Shown in pieces: positions 7,870 to 16,622 of a DNA stretch of 64,000 bases. Within the stretch, counting starts at the first letter, position 1. Each line of letters begins with the position of its first letter. The position numbers were made by a program, and so were the translations under genes. Origin of the DNA: an uncultured virus (IMG/VR IMGVR_UViG_3300001255_000001) (lineage: Duplodnaviria > Heunggongvirae > Uroviricota > Caudoviricetes); IMG/VR virus record IMGVR_UViG_3300001255_000001, positions 1 through 64,000 of that record; one strand, 5' to 3'. The notes under the pieces are model-generated. The model saw only the letters and a program-made list of their open reading frames with translations, searched no databases and was not told the origin of the DNA.

Positions 7870-8072
7870 TGAATATAACATCTAGAGAAGTTACTTATCG
7901 TTCCGCCGTTGAACAAATCTTTTTTGAGGACGGGACAGAATTGGTAATCACAGTCGGTGCTCCTGCCGAAGGCGGAGGAGATATCGATATTAAATATGAT
8001 TGGGTAGAAGGAAAGCCTGATTGGGCAAACAACTTAAATGAATCAACACTAGTGAACTATGAGGTAATCTAA
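7869..8072 (+). CDS. hypothetical protein
   Basis: Promoter at 7820 and AACGAAAGG leader. Confidence 0.7.
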   Translation: MNITSREVTYRSAVEQIFFEDGTELVITVGAPAEGGGDIDIKYDWVEGKPDWANNLNESTLVNYEVI

Positions 8073-8344
8073 TGAATGCAGAAGACATTGGGCTCCCACC
8101 TCATTTGCAACGCATGGTCAATGCAGGTGTTAGTGGATTAGATATAATGCACGGAGAACTAAAGAATCTAATGTTAATTGCTGAGCAAGACCTAGCAAGC
8201 GCATTAGAACAGGAGGAATTGTCTGAAGAGGCAATGGATTCCATGGTCCGCACAGAATGTGAAGGGCGCCTAGACATGCTAGTAGAACTATATAATCTAA
8301 CATACCAACTATCATTTGCGATTGGAGCACGGGATGAAGCCTGA
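8072..8344 (+). CDS. acidic hypothetical protein
   Basis: GAGGT RBS; coupled ORF. Confidence 0.75.
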   Translation: MNAEDIGLPPHLQRMVNAGVSGLDIMHGELKNLMLIAEQDLASALEQEELSEEAMDSMVRTECEGRLDMLVELYNLTYQLSFAIGARDEA

Positions 8345-8648
8345 CGATAAAGATAAACTAAACAAATGTTTAGAGATTCTAGACAGCACTGACTTAGGTC
8401 TATCATTAGTTTGGTTGTGGACATGGTCGACAATTGACAATATCTTAAATGATGACAACTACAAGGCCAAGGTAACCAAGGACCAGATGTGGGACCACCT
8501 CTGCGAGGCTGTGGAGGCTGGCCAAGGGTTCTCTTTGGAGTGGGGAGCAGAACAACATCAAGAAGAAGTTTTAGACTGGATGTTAAACAGGGACTACATC
8601 GTAGACCCCGAAGATGAAGATGAGGAGGACGAAGATGAAGATGAGTGA
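8334..8648 (+). CDS. acidic hypothetical protein with poly-D/E tail
   Basis: Ends ...DPEDEDEEDEDEDE. Confidence 0.75.
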   Translation: MKPDDKDKLNKCLEILDSTDLGLSLVWLWTWSTIDNILNDDNYKAKVTKDQMWDHLCEAVEAGQGFSLEWGAEQHQEEVLDWMLNRDYIVDPEDEDEEDEDEDE

Positions 8649-8775
8649 TGACTATATTAATGATCAATTAAACAAGGCTCAACAATTGCTATGGGGTGGC
8701 AGCGAAACTGAAAACATCGAAGCCCATAACATTATATCTAAACTAATTAAAGACAGAATAGAACAAGTTTCATAA
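8641..8775 (+). CDS. 44-aa hypothetical protein
   Basis: MSDDYINDQLNKAQQLLWGGSETENIEAHNII... (own translation). Confidence 0.6.
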   Translation: MSDDYINDQLNKAQQLLWGGSETENIEAHNIISKLIKDRIEQVS

Positions 8776-8820
8776 GGGCAGAAAAAATGGTTTACGGCGA
8801 CTATTTACAATTCCGTGGAA
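8776..8820. promoter_or_regulatory. Tripartite motif copy 5, overlapping a TTTACA-N17-TATAAT promoter
   Basis: GGG-N12-TTTACG-N18-GTGGAA. Confidence 0.75.
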
Positions 8821-8866
8821 AGTTGCTATAATTAACAAAACAACTATCTCTTGAAAGGGGATTAAA

Positions 8867-9016
8867 ATGACAACAAAGCGTGAATATCTAAAGCAGCAGG
8901 GCATTACAGTTGGTGTGCGTGGGCGCTTCTCAGGAGCAGCCAAGGTAGCTCTAGCTGAGGCGGAGGCCAAGGGCGTTAAGTTTACTGCAGAGGCACCTGT
9001 CAAAAAGGCGAAGTAG
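8867..9016 (+). CDS. Lsr2-like DNA-binding domain-only protein (49 aa)
   Basis: GAAAGGGG RBS; KREYLKQQGITVGVRGRFS resembles the Lsr2 C-terminal RGR motif; not in the ORF track. Confidence 0.7.
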   Translation: MTTKREYLKQQGITVGVRGRFSGAAKVALAEAEAKGVKFTAEAPVKKAK

Positions 9017-9025
9017 TTCTGGGAC

Positions 9026-9068
9026 GGGAGTCAGGGCTTCGTTGGTCCTTGACTCCCTCCTTTATTTT
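9026..9068 (+). terminator. hairpin/terminator with loop CTTCGTTGGT
   Basis: GGGAGTCAGGG/CCTTGACTCCC stem followed by a T-rich tract. Confidence 0.7.
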
Positions 9069-9102
9069 TGGTACAATCAATAGTTAAAGAACAGGGGCGG
9101 AC

Positions 9103-9378
9103 ATGGCAAAGACATCATCAATCGAAACAAAGGCGGCAGAAAAAGTACTGGAGGCTATGGATAGTCATTGGTTTAATCCAACTATCATGGCACGGGAATT
9201 AGTCAATGGTTGTGGCTATTATACTCAATCTAAGGTAATGGAACTAGTAGTAGAAATTATCAAACAAACGGCGGGACAGTTTGATAATGCGTGGGAAGAA
9301 GGGGTTACATCAGAAGCCCTATTCATGGCAGATAGACTAAATGACTACATTGCTAACTTTGAACCAATAGAGGCATAG
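9103..9378 (+). CDS. hypothetical protein, last + strand gene
   Basis: ORF with upstream TGGTACAAT. Confidence 0.75.
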   Translation: MAKTSSIETKAAEKVLEAMDSHWFNPTIMARELVNGCGYYTQSKVMELVVEIIKQTAGQFDNAWEEGVTSEALFMADRLNDYIANFEPIEA

Positions 9379-9442
9379 CCAACATATAGATCAAGACCGA
9401 AAGGATATATTTATCTAAGTATTACTCTTGATCATATAGCCC

Positions 9443-9485
9443 AAGATATCCATAGGATCTACACAGGTCCTGTGGATATCTTTTT
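9443..9485 (+). terminator. strong intrinsic terminator ending the early block
   Basis: 18-bp stem AAGATATCCATAGGATCT/AGGTCCTGTGGATATCTT plus T-run. Confidence 0.8.
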
Positions 9486-9499
9486 ATGTATGGGCATGT

Positions 9500-9712
9500 G
9501 GGCAAAATTATCCGTTTACGACCAAGCTTAAAAAATCGCTGGAATATTTGGCAGAATATAATAAAATGAATATAATATCTATTAAAACATATAATGAATT
9601 AGGCATAATATAGCCAGAATCTGTCAGAATTTATATCAAAATTTTATATAAAATATGTTGACAATGTGGGCCAAATATGCCTTTTACGACGCTATTGACA
9701 AATTCGCTGGAA
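9500..9712. promoter_or_regulatory. Tripartite motif copies 6 (9500-9544) and 7 (9668-9712) in the AT-rich gap
   Basis: GGG-N12-TTTACG-N18-CTGGAA twice. Confidence 0.8.
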
Positions 9713-9975
9713 TATGCGCTATGTCTCATATAAGTCCATATGGCCCTATTGACATTACGACCATCATTATGATAAGCTCAATTACATAGTAATGTTTATC
9801 TTAGTATAACTATAGTATATGGATCTGAATCTATAGTATATATTCTCCACTATACTCCACTTTACTCCACATTAGAAGCCTTCTAGAGGCTCATACAAGG
9901 GAGATAAAGGGGAGGGGGATATAGGAGTTAGAGACCATATTGCTATATTTTCTAGAGCTTTATCCTTGGTCTATA

Positions 9976-10332
9976 TTACTTGCTATGGACTAATTGACAT
10001 TCCTTGCATACATGATCTACAAATATCTTAGTTGACAAGGATGTATGTTCTATCTTAGTCTTGGGATTAGTTCTCTTGAATATATCTCTTAATAGTTCTA
10101 TTGGTGAAGTTCTTACTTCTTCTGGTAGCCCGCCGTGTTTGTGAAGAATTTTCAATAGGATGCCTGCGATGAATATGTCATCGCTAAATGCCATCCAGGG
10201 AAATAGTATATCAAATGGGTCAATTGGGACAGATAGGTACATAACGCACAAAACGGCTATGATCTTTATATGTCTAGGACATCTGTCAAATTGAGCTTTA
10301 TATGGCTTAAATACCTCATTAAGGTTCTTCAT
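9976..10332 (-). CDS. DUF1232/YkvA-like membrane protein
   Basis: YLSVPIDPFD..P....DDI pattern. Confidence 0.6.
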   Translation of the reverse strand: MKNLNEVFKPYKAQFDRCPRHIKIIAVLCVMYLSVPIDPFDILFPWMAFSDDIFIAGILLKILHKHGGLPEEVRTSPIELLRDIFKRTNPKTKIEHTSLSTKIFVDHVCKECQLVHSK

Positions 10333-10862
10333 TGCCAGAAGCCAACTACTATGTATTTAGTTCCTGAAATGATTGGATCAGCAGAATGAGAGAACTCTGC
10401 ATTGGAAGGAAATACAAATAGGCTGCTAGCTTCTGGTTTAGTAGGTGTACCTATCTTAGTAAATGTTATGGTTCCACCTTCGTAATCATCATTTATGTAT
10501 AGAACAATTGATATCTGTCTTGGGAACTCATCTGTCTGGTCTGTATGCTCTTTAAAGTATTGGCCCTTTTCGTACCTAACTACATGGTATCCTTCAAGCT
10601 TGGATATAGGGATGTTATGGTCTAAAGAGTACTGTCTAACAATTGGATCTACCTTTTCTCTCAAAAGGGCAGTAAATTCGTCATCTATTCTGCCAACGTG
10701 GGCATGTCTAATGTCTTTAGAGACTACGCCTTCGCCATATGTTTTTACTCTAGATTCAGCAACTAATGCATCAGTCCATGTATCTTCTGGTATGTGTTTC
10801 AATGCATATTCAAGGTTAATCTCTGGTATATGTGTGATTGATATCATGTCTTTAACATTCAC
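10329..10862 (-). CDS. 2OG-Fe(II) oxygenase (P4H-like)
   Basis: HTD...LYINDDYEGG..F...FPS...H...GTKY. Confidence 0.9.
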   Translation of the reverse strand: MNVKDMISITHIPEINLEYALKHIPEDTWTDALVAESRVKTYGEGVVSKDIRHAHVGRIDDEFTALLREKVDPIVRQYSLDHNIPISKLEGYHVVRYEKGQYFKEHTDQTDEFPRQISIVLYINDDYEGGTITFTKIGTPTKPEASSLFVFPSNAEFSHSADPIISGTKYIVVGFWQ

Positions 10863-11033
10863 AATAATGCCTATCTAAGTCAGGTACTGACTTTATGGTC
10901 TCTCCCGCCGCGAATTCACTTTCTAGGCGGTCAATATACTGCTATATATCTTCTTTATCTATATCTTCAGTTAGATCTAAGTCTTTAATATCGCCAAGAT
11001 CTATGTATGCTTCAAGGTTGTCTAGTATGCCCA

Positions 11034-11246
11034 TTATTTAAGGAACGTACCTTTCCATATAGACTTCTCTACCTGACCTGCTTCAGATAGATCCTCCGCC
11101 TTTTCAATAGGCACACAATTAGGTACCTGCTTGCCGTTTTTATCTTTCATGCCTCTTTGGGTGTAGCCCCTCCAGCATGCCTTTTCAATGTTATCCCACT
11201 TGTCTTCGTCTTCGTTATCTGATAAGTAATCCATTGTATTGTCCAT
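11034..11246 (-). CDS. small protein with CWxGY...VPNCVP motif
   Basis: Motif recurrent in large-phage proteins; leaderless -10 upstream. Confidence 0.7.
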   Translation of the reverse strand: MDNTMDYLSDNEDEDKWDNIEKACWRGYTQRGMKDKNGKQVPNCVPIEKAEDLSEAGQVEKSIWKGTFLK

Positions 11247-11327
11247 GTTATCATTATAGCATTTGTTGTCACATAGTGACTAGATGCTCTCTACCGCCGC
11301 ACTTTTTCGCACTAAATGGGGCCTATA

Positions 11328-11966
11328 TTAATTTAAATATGTAATGTCTGTAGATATTCTAGTGCCACTAATAACAGGATTCACATAATGCCAGCGTTGT
11401 GAATCAAATATAGCTACATGGCCAGCTGAAGGCTTTATAACTATGTCATTATTCTTTTGTAAGCTAGGGTCTTTATGAATAGAATCTTTATCTACAAAAA
11501 CAAGATCGTCCTTTTCTACAAAACCAAGCTCTCCGCCTTCAAAGTCCGAAGAAAGGTACAGCACAATACTTACTGCGGGGACTATCGTTTCTCCATCAGA
11601 ATCCCATGAATCAGAATGATATCCAATAAAAGCTCCAACATCGTATGTCTTAATCCAATATACTGGTATAGATATTGTATACTTTCCCATATCTAAACCA
11701 AAATGATTGGTGTAAATTTCCATTGCTCTTATCATTACTGGATGAATTTTTTTAAATGCTTCTTTGGATATTTTTATTTTTTCGGCATCTTCTTGTCTGG
11801 GACTCCATTCATTACCATCAATTACAGTATGTGCACCTAAACGACTGGTACCTTTCTCTAATAATTCTGATTTAGAAAGATTTAAAAGCTCATCTATATC
11901 TTCTTGAGAAATGCAATTGCTTAGATAAAGTCCGTAGTCTTTTATTTCCTGCACTATATTGAACAT
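11328..11966 (-). CDS. 2OG-Fe(II) oxygenase
   Basis: HSD...LYLSSDFEGGEL...WHYV..VISGTR. Confidence 0.9.
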   Translation of the reverse strand: MFNIVQEIKDYGLYLSNCISQEDIDELLNLSKSELLEKGTSRLGAHTVIDGNEWSPRQEDAEKIKISKEAFKKIHPVMIRAMEIYTNHFGLDMGKYTISIPVYWIKTYDVGAFIGYHSDSWDSDGETIVPAVSIVLYLSSDFEGGELGFVEKDDLVFVDKDSIHKDPSLQKNNDIVIKPSAGHVAIFDSQRWHYVNPVISGTRISTDITYLN

Positions 11967-11980
11967 AGTACTATTATACA

Positions 11981-12217
11981 CTATAACGGTATTTCATTTA
12001 CTGGCTCTTTGGACCAATGTATATATGATCTAATATAGACTACAGCATAAGCAAGGGCTGCAAATATAAAGCCGTACTGCTCAGTAGTAAGAGCATACAC
12101 TATCCAAAGAAACTCATTGAACAATAATAGTAGCCAACCCCAAATAGCTTTTCTACCCACAAAAAATATTCCAGTTACACCAATTGCTGCTAGTATCCAT
12201 GACCAGTATTGCATCAT
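11981..12217 (-). CDS. PnuC-like small membrane protein
   Basis: Three TM helices; WGWLL..N..LWIVYA pattern. Confidence 0.55.
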   Translation of the reverse strand: MMQYWSWILAAIGVTGIFFVGRKAIWGWLLLLFNEFLWIVYALTTEQYGFIFAALAYAVVYIRSYIHWSKEPVNEIPL

Positions 12218-12492
12218 TTTGTTACCCCCTCATCTGCTTCTCTTAGCCATTGATCTTCCCATAGACCTATAAGAGACTTGTTGCCAATGTCATCAAAATA
12301 GTAACGTCTTGCGTTACTATTATATGTCCAACCATACCACATGTCGCCTTCCATCCAGCTCAATGAGCCTGTATTCATTGAATCTGGATCGTTCATAATG
12401 CTATCTATATGATCATACATATGCACCTCATCAAAAATAGCATCTCTTAAAGGAGACCACCAAAATAATTTATTTACTAACCAATTAATCAT
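12214..12492 (-). CDS. hypothetical protein
   Basis: Coupled ORF. Confidence 0.7.
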   Translation of the reverse strand: MINWLVNKLFWWSPLRDAIFDEVHMYDHIDSIMNDPDSMNTGSLSWMEGDMWYGWTYNSNARRYYFDDIGNKSLIGLWEDQWLREADEGVTK

Positions 12493-12703
12493 TTGTCCAC
12501 TTTAGCTGCAATATCTGTTCAGACATTTCTGGGTAAGATATAGCAAGCCTTTCTAATTCTTTATTGTATCTTCTCTTGCTTCCGTAAGACTTGGCTCTTT
12601 CAAGGCGTACGAGTACCTTTGTGGCTTCTTTTGGCATAGACACTTTGCTGGGCCTTACTTTACAAGTGCTAAGCATTGCTGATTCTCTAGCTGACTTTGT
12701 CAT
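12485..12703 (-). CDS. basic hypothetical protein
   Basis: ORF; start placed at MTKSARES after AAGGA. Confidence 0.6.
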   Translation of the reverse strand: MTKSARESAMLSTCKVRPSKVSMPKEATKVLVRLERAKSYGSKRRYNKELERLAISYPEMSEQILQLKWTND

Positions 12704-12796
12704 CGTTGTCCTTTTCCCACGTAAGCTTGCCATCTTTGTATACTGGCCAATACCCTAATGACCGCCAGTCCATCTTCATAATCTTAGGCTCTTTCA

Positions 12797-12940
12797 TTAT
12801 AAAGAATTTCTAATCTGGTCTGCAATAAATGCCTGTTTTCTTTCAAATGCACTTATCTTAGGCTTAGATGCTAGCCTCTTCAGATTCTTTTTTTGACGCT
12901 TCATTTTAGACTGAGAGGCTGGTACATTATTTTTTTTCAT
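12797..12940 (-). CDS. 47-aa basic protein, leaderless
   Basis: TTGACA-N17-TATAAT-N6-ATG; MKKNNVPASQSKMKRQKK... (own translation). Confidence 0.65.
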   Translation of the reverse strand: MKKNNVPASQSKMKRQKKNLKRLASKPKISAFERKQAFIADQIRNSL

Positions 12941-12986
12941 ATATTTATTATACTATTTACAGGAATAGGTGTCAATACGTTTAAGA

Positions 12987-13532
12987 TTAATTTATAAACT
13001 TTACTGCAAAAGATAGTGCTGCTCTTGGCATCAATGGCACAATCTCATGCATAAGGCCAGCTGGTACAAATATTACGTCTCCTGGCTCTAAAACAAATTC
13101 TTTTTCTAAATCATCTACTAGTATGCACCACTTAGCACTACCAACTGCTTGAACATAAAAAATTAAACAGTTATCGCTATGACGAGAAGTAGTTTTTTGA
13201 GAGTCTGCAAAATTCATTAAACTCATTGTAACAAAAGGCTCTAGATTTAAAGTTTTTAAAAAATTAATTATTTCTGGGAGCCCTTTGTAAGGATATTTGT
13301 TTGAATGATCTATACCTATGGTTAGCTTGTCATAAAATCTAACATGGTTTACTCTTTCAAAGTTTAGTAGTGGGGGCTCTTTTGTGTAAGAATCATCTTT
13401 AATGGCGCTATTAATATTATTAATAAAGTCAGACCAATCAGGCAACACAGATACTTGTTTTTTTGCATAAAGAGGTGTTTTATCTTCAAAAGCTTTCTTT
13501 ATCTGACTACTGGTAATTAACTTTTTTTTCAT
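12987..13532 (-). CDS. JmjC/cupin-family oxygenase
   Basis: HSD...FYVQAVGSAKW...LEPGDVIFVPAGLMHE. Confidence 0.85.
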   Translation of the reverse strand: MKKKLITSSQIKKAFEDKTPLYAKKQVSVLPDWSDFINNINSAIKDDSYTKEPPLLNFERVNHVRFYDKLTIGIDHSNKYPYKGLPEIINFLKTLNLEPFVTMSLMNFADSQKTTSRHSDNCLIFYVQAVGSAKWCILVDDLEKEFVLEPGDVIFVPAGLMHEIVPLMPRAALSFAVKFIN

Positions 13533-13540
13533 AATTAATT

Positions 13541-13999
13541 CTACTTAAGAATTTGGCTAATAAATCCATCTATTTGTTCTGGGGTTGTTCCTGGACCCAT
13601 TGATCTAAACTGATCATCAATTAAAAATTTAGTAAAGTTCCACGGGACTTCATCAAAATCAGATTGTGATACTAAATATTTAAATAGTGGGTGAGCATTA
13701 TCTCCATTTACCTCAACTTTTGTTGACATAAGGAAGTCTACCCCATAGTTTGTTTGGCAAAATTCTTTGATCTCTGCATCGGTCCCAGGCTCTTGCTCTC
13801 CAAATTGATTACATGGGAAGCCAATTACTACCAAGCCCTTATCTGCATATTTCTTGTGAAGTGCCTGCAAACCTTCATATTGTGTAGTGAAACCACAACG
13901 GCTTGCTACATTTACAAGGAGCAACAGCTTGCCTTTAAATTGTCCTAAATCTACTTCGTTACCATTGTTATCTGTAAAGCTATAATCAAATGCTGACAT
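13541..13999 (-). CDS. glutathione peroxidase family protein (Cys type)
   Basis: NVASRCGFT, GFPCNQFGEQEPG and WNFTKFL motifs. Confidence 0.95.
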   Translation of the reverse strand: MSAFDYSFTDNNGNEVDLGQFKGKLLLLVNVASRCGFTTQYEGLQALHKKYADKGLVVIGFPCNQFGEQEPGTDAEIKEFCQTNYGVDFLMSTKVEVNGDNAHPLFKYLVSQSDFDEVPWNFTKFLIDDQFRSMGPGTTPEQIDGFISQILK

Positions 14000-14065
14000 G
14001 TTAGTCCTTTCAAGTAAAAGCAGGATCGCTTTATATAACAATAATACTATTATAGGGTGTATTTG

Positions 14066-14290
14066 TCAAGAGGAGTAGCGTTCTTCGTCTAATATTATTT
14101 CATAATATAGCATGTCTGGCAGATCGTGTCCCGCCTTCAAATGATCCTCTATATGTATGAATAAATGTTCATCATCTTTTATTACTTCAGATTTGGCTTC
14201 ATCTGATAGCCAGCATGCCGCACAACATATATATCCATCTACATGAGAATAGATATAGATATCGCTATCCCAGAACCTGCTGTAAGCCAC
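14066..14290 (-). CDS. hypothetical protein
   Basis: MAYSRF..SDIYIY...CCAAC. Confidence 0.7.
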   Translation of the reverse strand: MAYSRFWDSDIYIYSHVDGYICCAACWLSDEAKSEVIKDDEHLFIHIEDHLKAGHDLPDMLYYEIILDEERYSS

Positions 14291-14546
14291 AACTATCCCA
14301 TATACTTTAAATGAAAATGTTTTTCACAAACGTCTATAACTTTGCCAGTTTTAGGCTCTGGCTCTGAATACTTGCTTTCTGATGGACAATAAAAGCATGG
14401 CGGAATATTTGTGTTCATATGTATATTATACCAGATTTACTTCAATCATATTTAGACACCTGTCGCACACATCATAAGTTTTGCCAGTAAATGGGCAAGC
14501 ACCTGCCCTCTTAAGCTTGTGTCCAACAATTTTACAATAAACTGAT

Positions 14547-15092
14547 TTAAACACTGTGTTTCTCCAACAACATGTCTATAACATTATTTAAGTCTAGTAC
14601 GCTATAATCATTATCAATAATGTGATTAAAGTTATAGTTATCTAAATCTAATTCGGAAGAGTGATCTGTTACTGGGCCTACCCCATACCTATTTATTCTC
14701 CACACTTGGCCGCCTACTGCTTTTATAGCATCTGCTTCGTTTTTAAATCTTACATCACTTATAACAACTTTATCTTCTGTCATGCTTTTTAATGCAAGTT
14801 CCACCCAAAAATTAATACCAAACATGTCTCTTCCTACTTCTGTTCCGAATACTTGTAGCAGCCTGCGTATCTCTGGGTGAGAGTCTTTAGCTTGGTCTAA
14901 GCCATAGGTATCTACCAAATCTTTGTATCTAAAATTACCTATTTTATCTGAATGAACTATTGGATTAAGTTTATACATAGCATCTTTCATTGGAGCTGCA
15001 AATGAGTACCTAGTGAATCCATATTTGTTTACTAAATGGTCCGCAGCAGTATCTTTACCAGACCTTGCATATCCAGATAAACCAATTATCAT
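14547..15092 (-). CDS. deoxynucleoside monophosphate kinase
   Basis: GLSGYARSGKDT, RRLLQVFGTE and DVRFKNE motifs. Confidence 0.9.
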   Translation of the reverse strand: MIIGLSGYARSGKDTAADHLVNKYGFTRYSFAAPMKDAMYKLNPIVHSDKIGNFRYKDLVDTYGLDQAKDSHPEIRRLLQVFGTEVGRDMFGINFWVELALKSMTEDKVVISDVRFKNEADAIKAVGGQVWRINRYGVGPVTDHSSELDLDNYNFNHIIDNDYSVLDLNNVIDMLLEKHSV

Positions 15093-15646
15093 TTATCACC
15101 ACTTCCCGCCTTAAAAACAAACTTTTGAATAACTATTCTTTCTCCACTAATATAATTTAATACTTCGTGATTAGATTCAGAAGGAAATAGAATTAGTGTT
15201 CCATTTTTTGGCTTTAAAAGAAAATTTGAATCTGGAAACTCTAGGTTACCACCCTCACACTCGTGTGCCAGATAAAATATTGCTGTCAAGAATGGCTGAG
15301 AGTGATCCTCATCTGACAAAGAAACATCAGCTATATGGTCGTTATGTAGTGGCATACCTCTGTCTGGAACAGTCCAACCAATTAAAATCCAATCTGAAAA
15401 AGAATATTTCTCATTTGGGTCTAATCCATATTCCTTAATGTACTCTTCTAGACATGGGCCAAAATCTATATCTAGCTGATTATTAGACGGCATAGATTTA
15501 TCCATAACCATTCTATATCCAGTATGGTGTTCAATCAAAGAATCTTTTCTTTTTTCATACTCTTGCATAATATCTTTTTTAAGAGCAGGAAGATCTTTAG
15601 ATATGTTTTCCCACACTAAAATTCTATCAGAGCGATCAACTATCAT
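15089..15646 (-). CDS. 2OG-Fe(II) oxygenase
   Basis: HND...FYL...EGGNLEF...FPS..NHEV...GER. Confidence 0.85.
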   Translation of the reverse strand: MIVDRSDRILVWENISKDLPALKKDIMQEYEKRKDSLIEHHTGYRMVMDKSMPSNNQLDIDFGPCLEEYIKEYGLDPNEKYSFSDWILIGWTVPDRGMPLHNDHIADVSLSDEDHSQPFLTAIFYLAHECEGGNLEFPDSNFLLKPKNGTLILFPSESNHEVLNYISGERIVIQKFVFKAGSGDK

Positions 15647-16113
15647 CTTTTAACACCATCCCATGTTCCTATTTTGGTAGTAGGTATACCGTTTTCTTCC
15701 CACAATCTAATTATACTAGGGTTGTCATCTACAGCATGCTTTACTTCCCAGTACTCATTTATGTGCCCAAGTATATCTTTTTTAACTTCATAATCTTCTC
15801 TATGATCATCATCTTTTCTCATAAACAATGCATCATGAGGAACATTATGCATCTTAAGCCACTTAGAAGTTAAGCCCCTATATTTTTCTTTTCTGGCGGT
15901 AACTATAATTATATCTAGACTATCGCATACTTCCCACACCATATCAACTACATCTTTGTGGGGTATACAATTTATAGAAGCTTTATGAAAATCATCAAAA
16001 TTTCTTTTAAAGGAATCGCTAGACCTATCCTGATTTAATATATGATGAAGTATTGGATCTACATCAACTAATGTGCCATCTACATCAAATATCCAAGCTG
16101 GTCTTTTTATCAT
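15643..16113 (-). CDS. HAD phosphatase (PNKP phosphatase-like)
   Basis: FDVDGTL, VTAR, LFMR...D.R.D..VK and VDD motifs. Confidence 0.9.
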   Translation of the reverse strand: MIKRPAWIFDVDGTLVDVDPILHHILNQDRSSDSFKRNFDDFHKASINCIPHKDVVDMVWEVCDSLDIIIVTARKEKYRGLTSKWLKMHNVPHDALFMRKDDDHREDYEVKKDILGHINEYWEVKHAVDDNPSIIRLWEENGIPTTKIGTWDGVKR

Positions 16114-16622
16114 GCTGAAAGTATCTTTGCCAATGCATTTATTGTTGCTGCAATTCTTCCGATATCACGCAACTGCTCTACACTATAGCCTTCTTCTTTT
16201 AATGTTTCATAATGTGCTTTAACACAAAAGTGACACTTACCAACAATAGATGAAGCTAATGAATAAGCTTCAAACTTACCTTTTGTAGTCCCGCCATGAG
16301 AAGTAATAGCATTCATTCTTAATTGAGCTGGTAACCCCTTTAAGTTTACGTCATCAGCCATTTCAATAAATGGATACCAAACGTTATTCTGTGCCATGAT
16401 GGCACCAGCAGTAAGGGCAGCATTTTTTTCAACTTCATCTTTTGCATTAGCAGTAATAAAGGCAAGCAGTTTACCGTTGCCTGTTGCAAATGCTGCTGCT
16501 ATTGAAATATACGTAGCATGCTCTGCATCTATAGATGATCTATTGATTACAGCATCAAGATTTAACTTAATGTCTTTAGCATATTCTGGAAGAGAATCCT
16601 TAAGCTGGTCCACCCATGTCAT
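16110..16622 (-). CDS. ahpD: alkyl hydroperoxidase AhpD
   Basis: LPEYAKDIKLNL, MAQNNVWY and CHFCVKAH motifs; directly downstream of ahpC. Confidence 0.92.
   Translation of the reverse strand: MTWVDQLKDSLPEYAKDIKLNLDAVINRSSIDAEHATYISIAAAFATGNGKLLAFITANAKDEVEKNAALTAGAIMAQNNVWYPFIEMADDVNLKGLPAQLRMNAITSHGGTTKGKFEAYSLASSIVGKCHFCVKAHYETLKEEGYSVEQLRDIGRIAATINALAKILSA

Noticed and set aside
8101..8667. Long opposite-strand ORFs in the track (also 27331-27876, 36635-37297, 62909-63409 and others)
   Set aside because: They are shadows of well-supported genes, with no RBS, promoter or recognisable motifs.
9471..9479. TGTGGATAT as a fifth DnaA box
   Set aside because: It has one mismatch and is explained as an arm of the terminator stem.
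13885..13915. Selenocysteine in the glutathione peroxidase
   Set aside because: The active-site codon is TGT (Cys).
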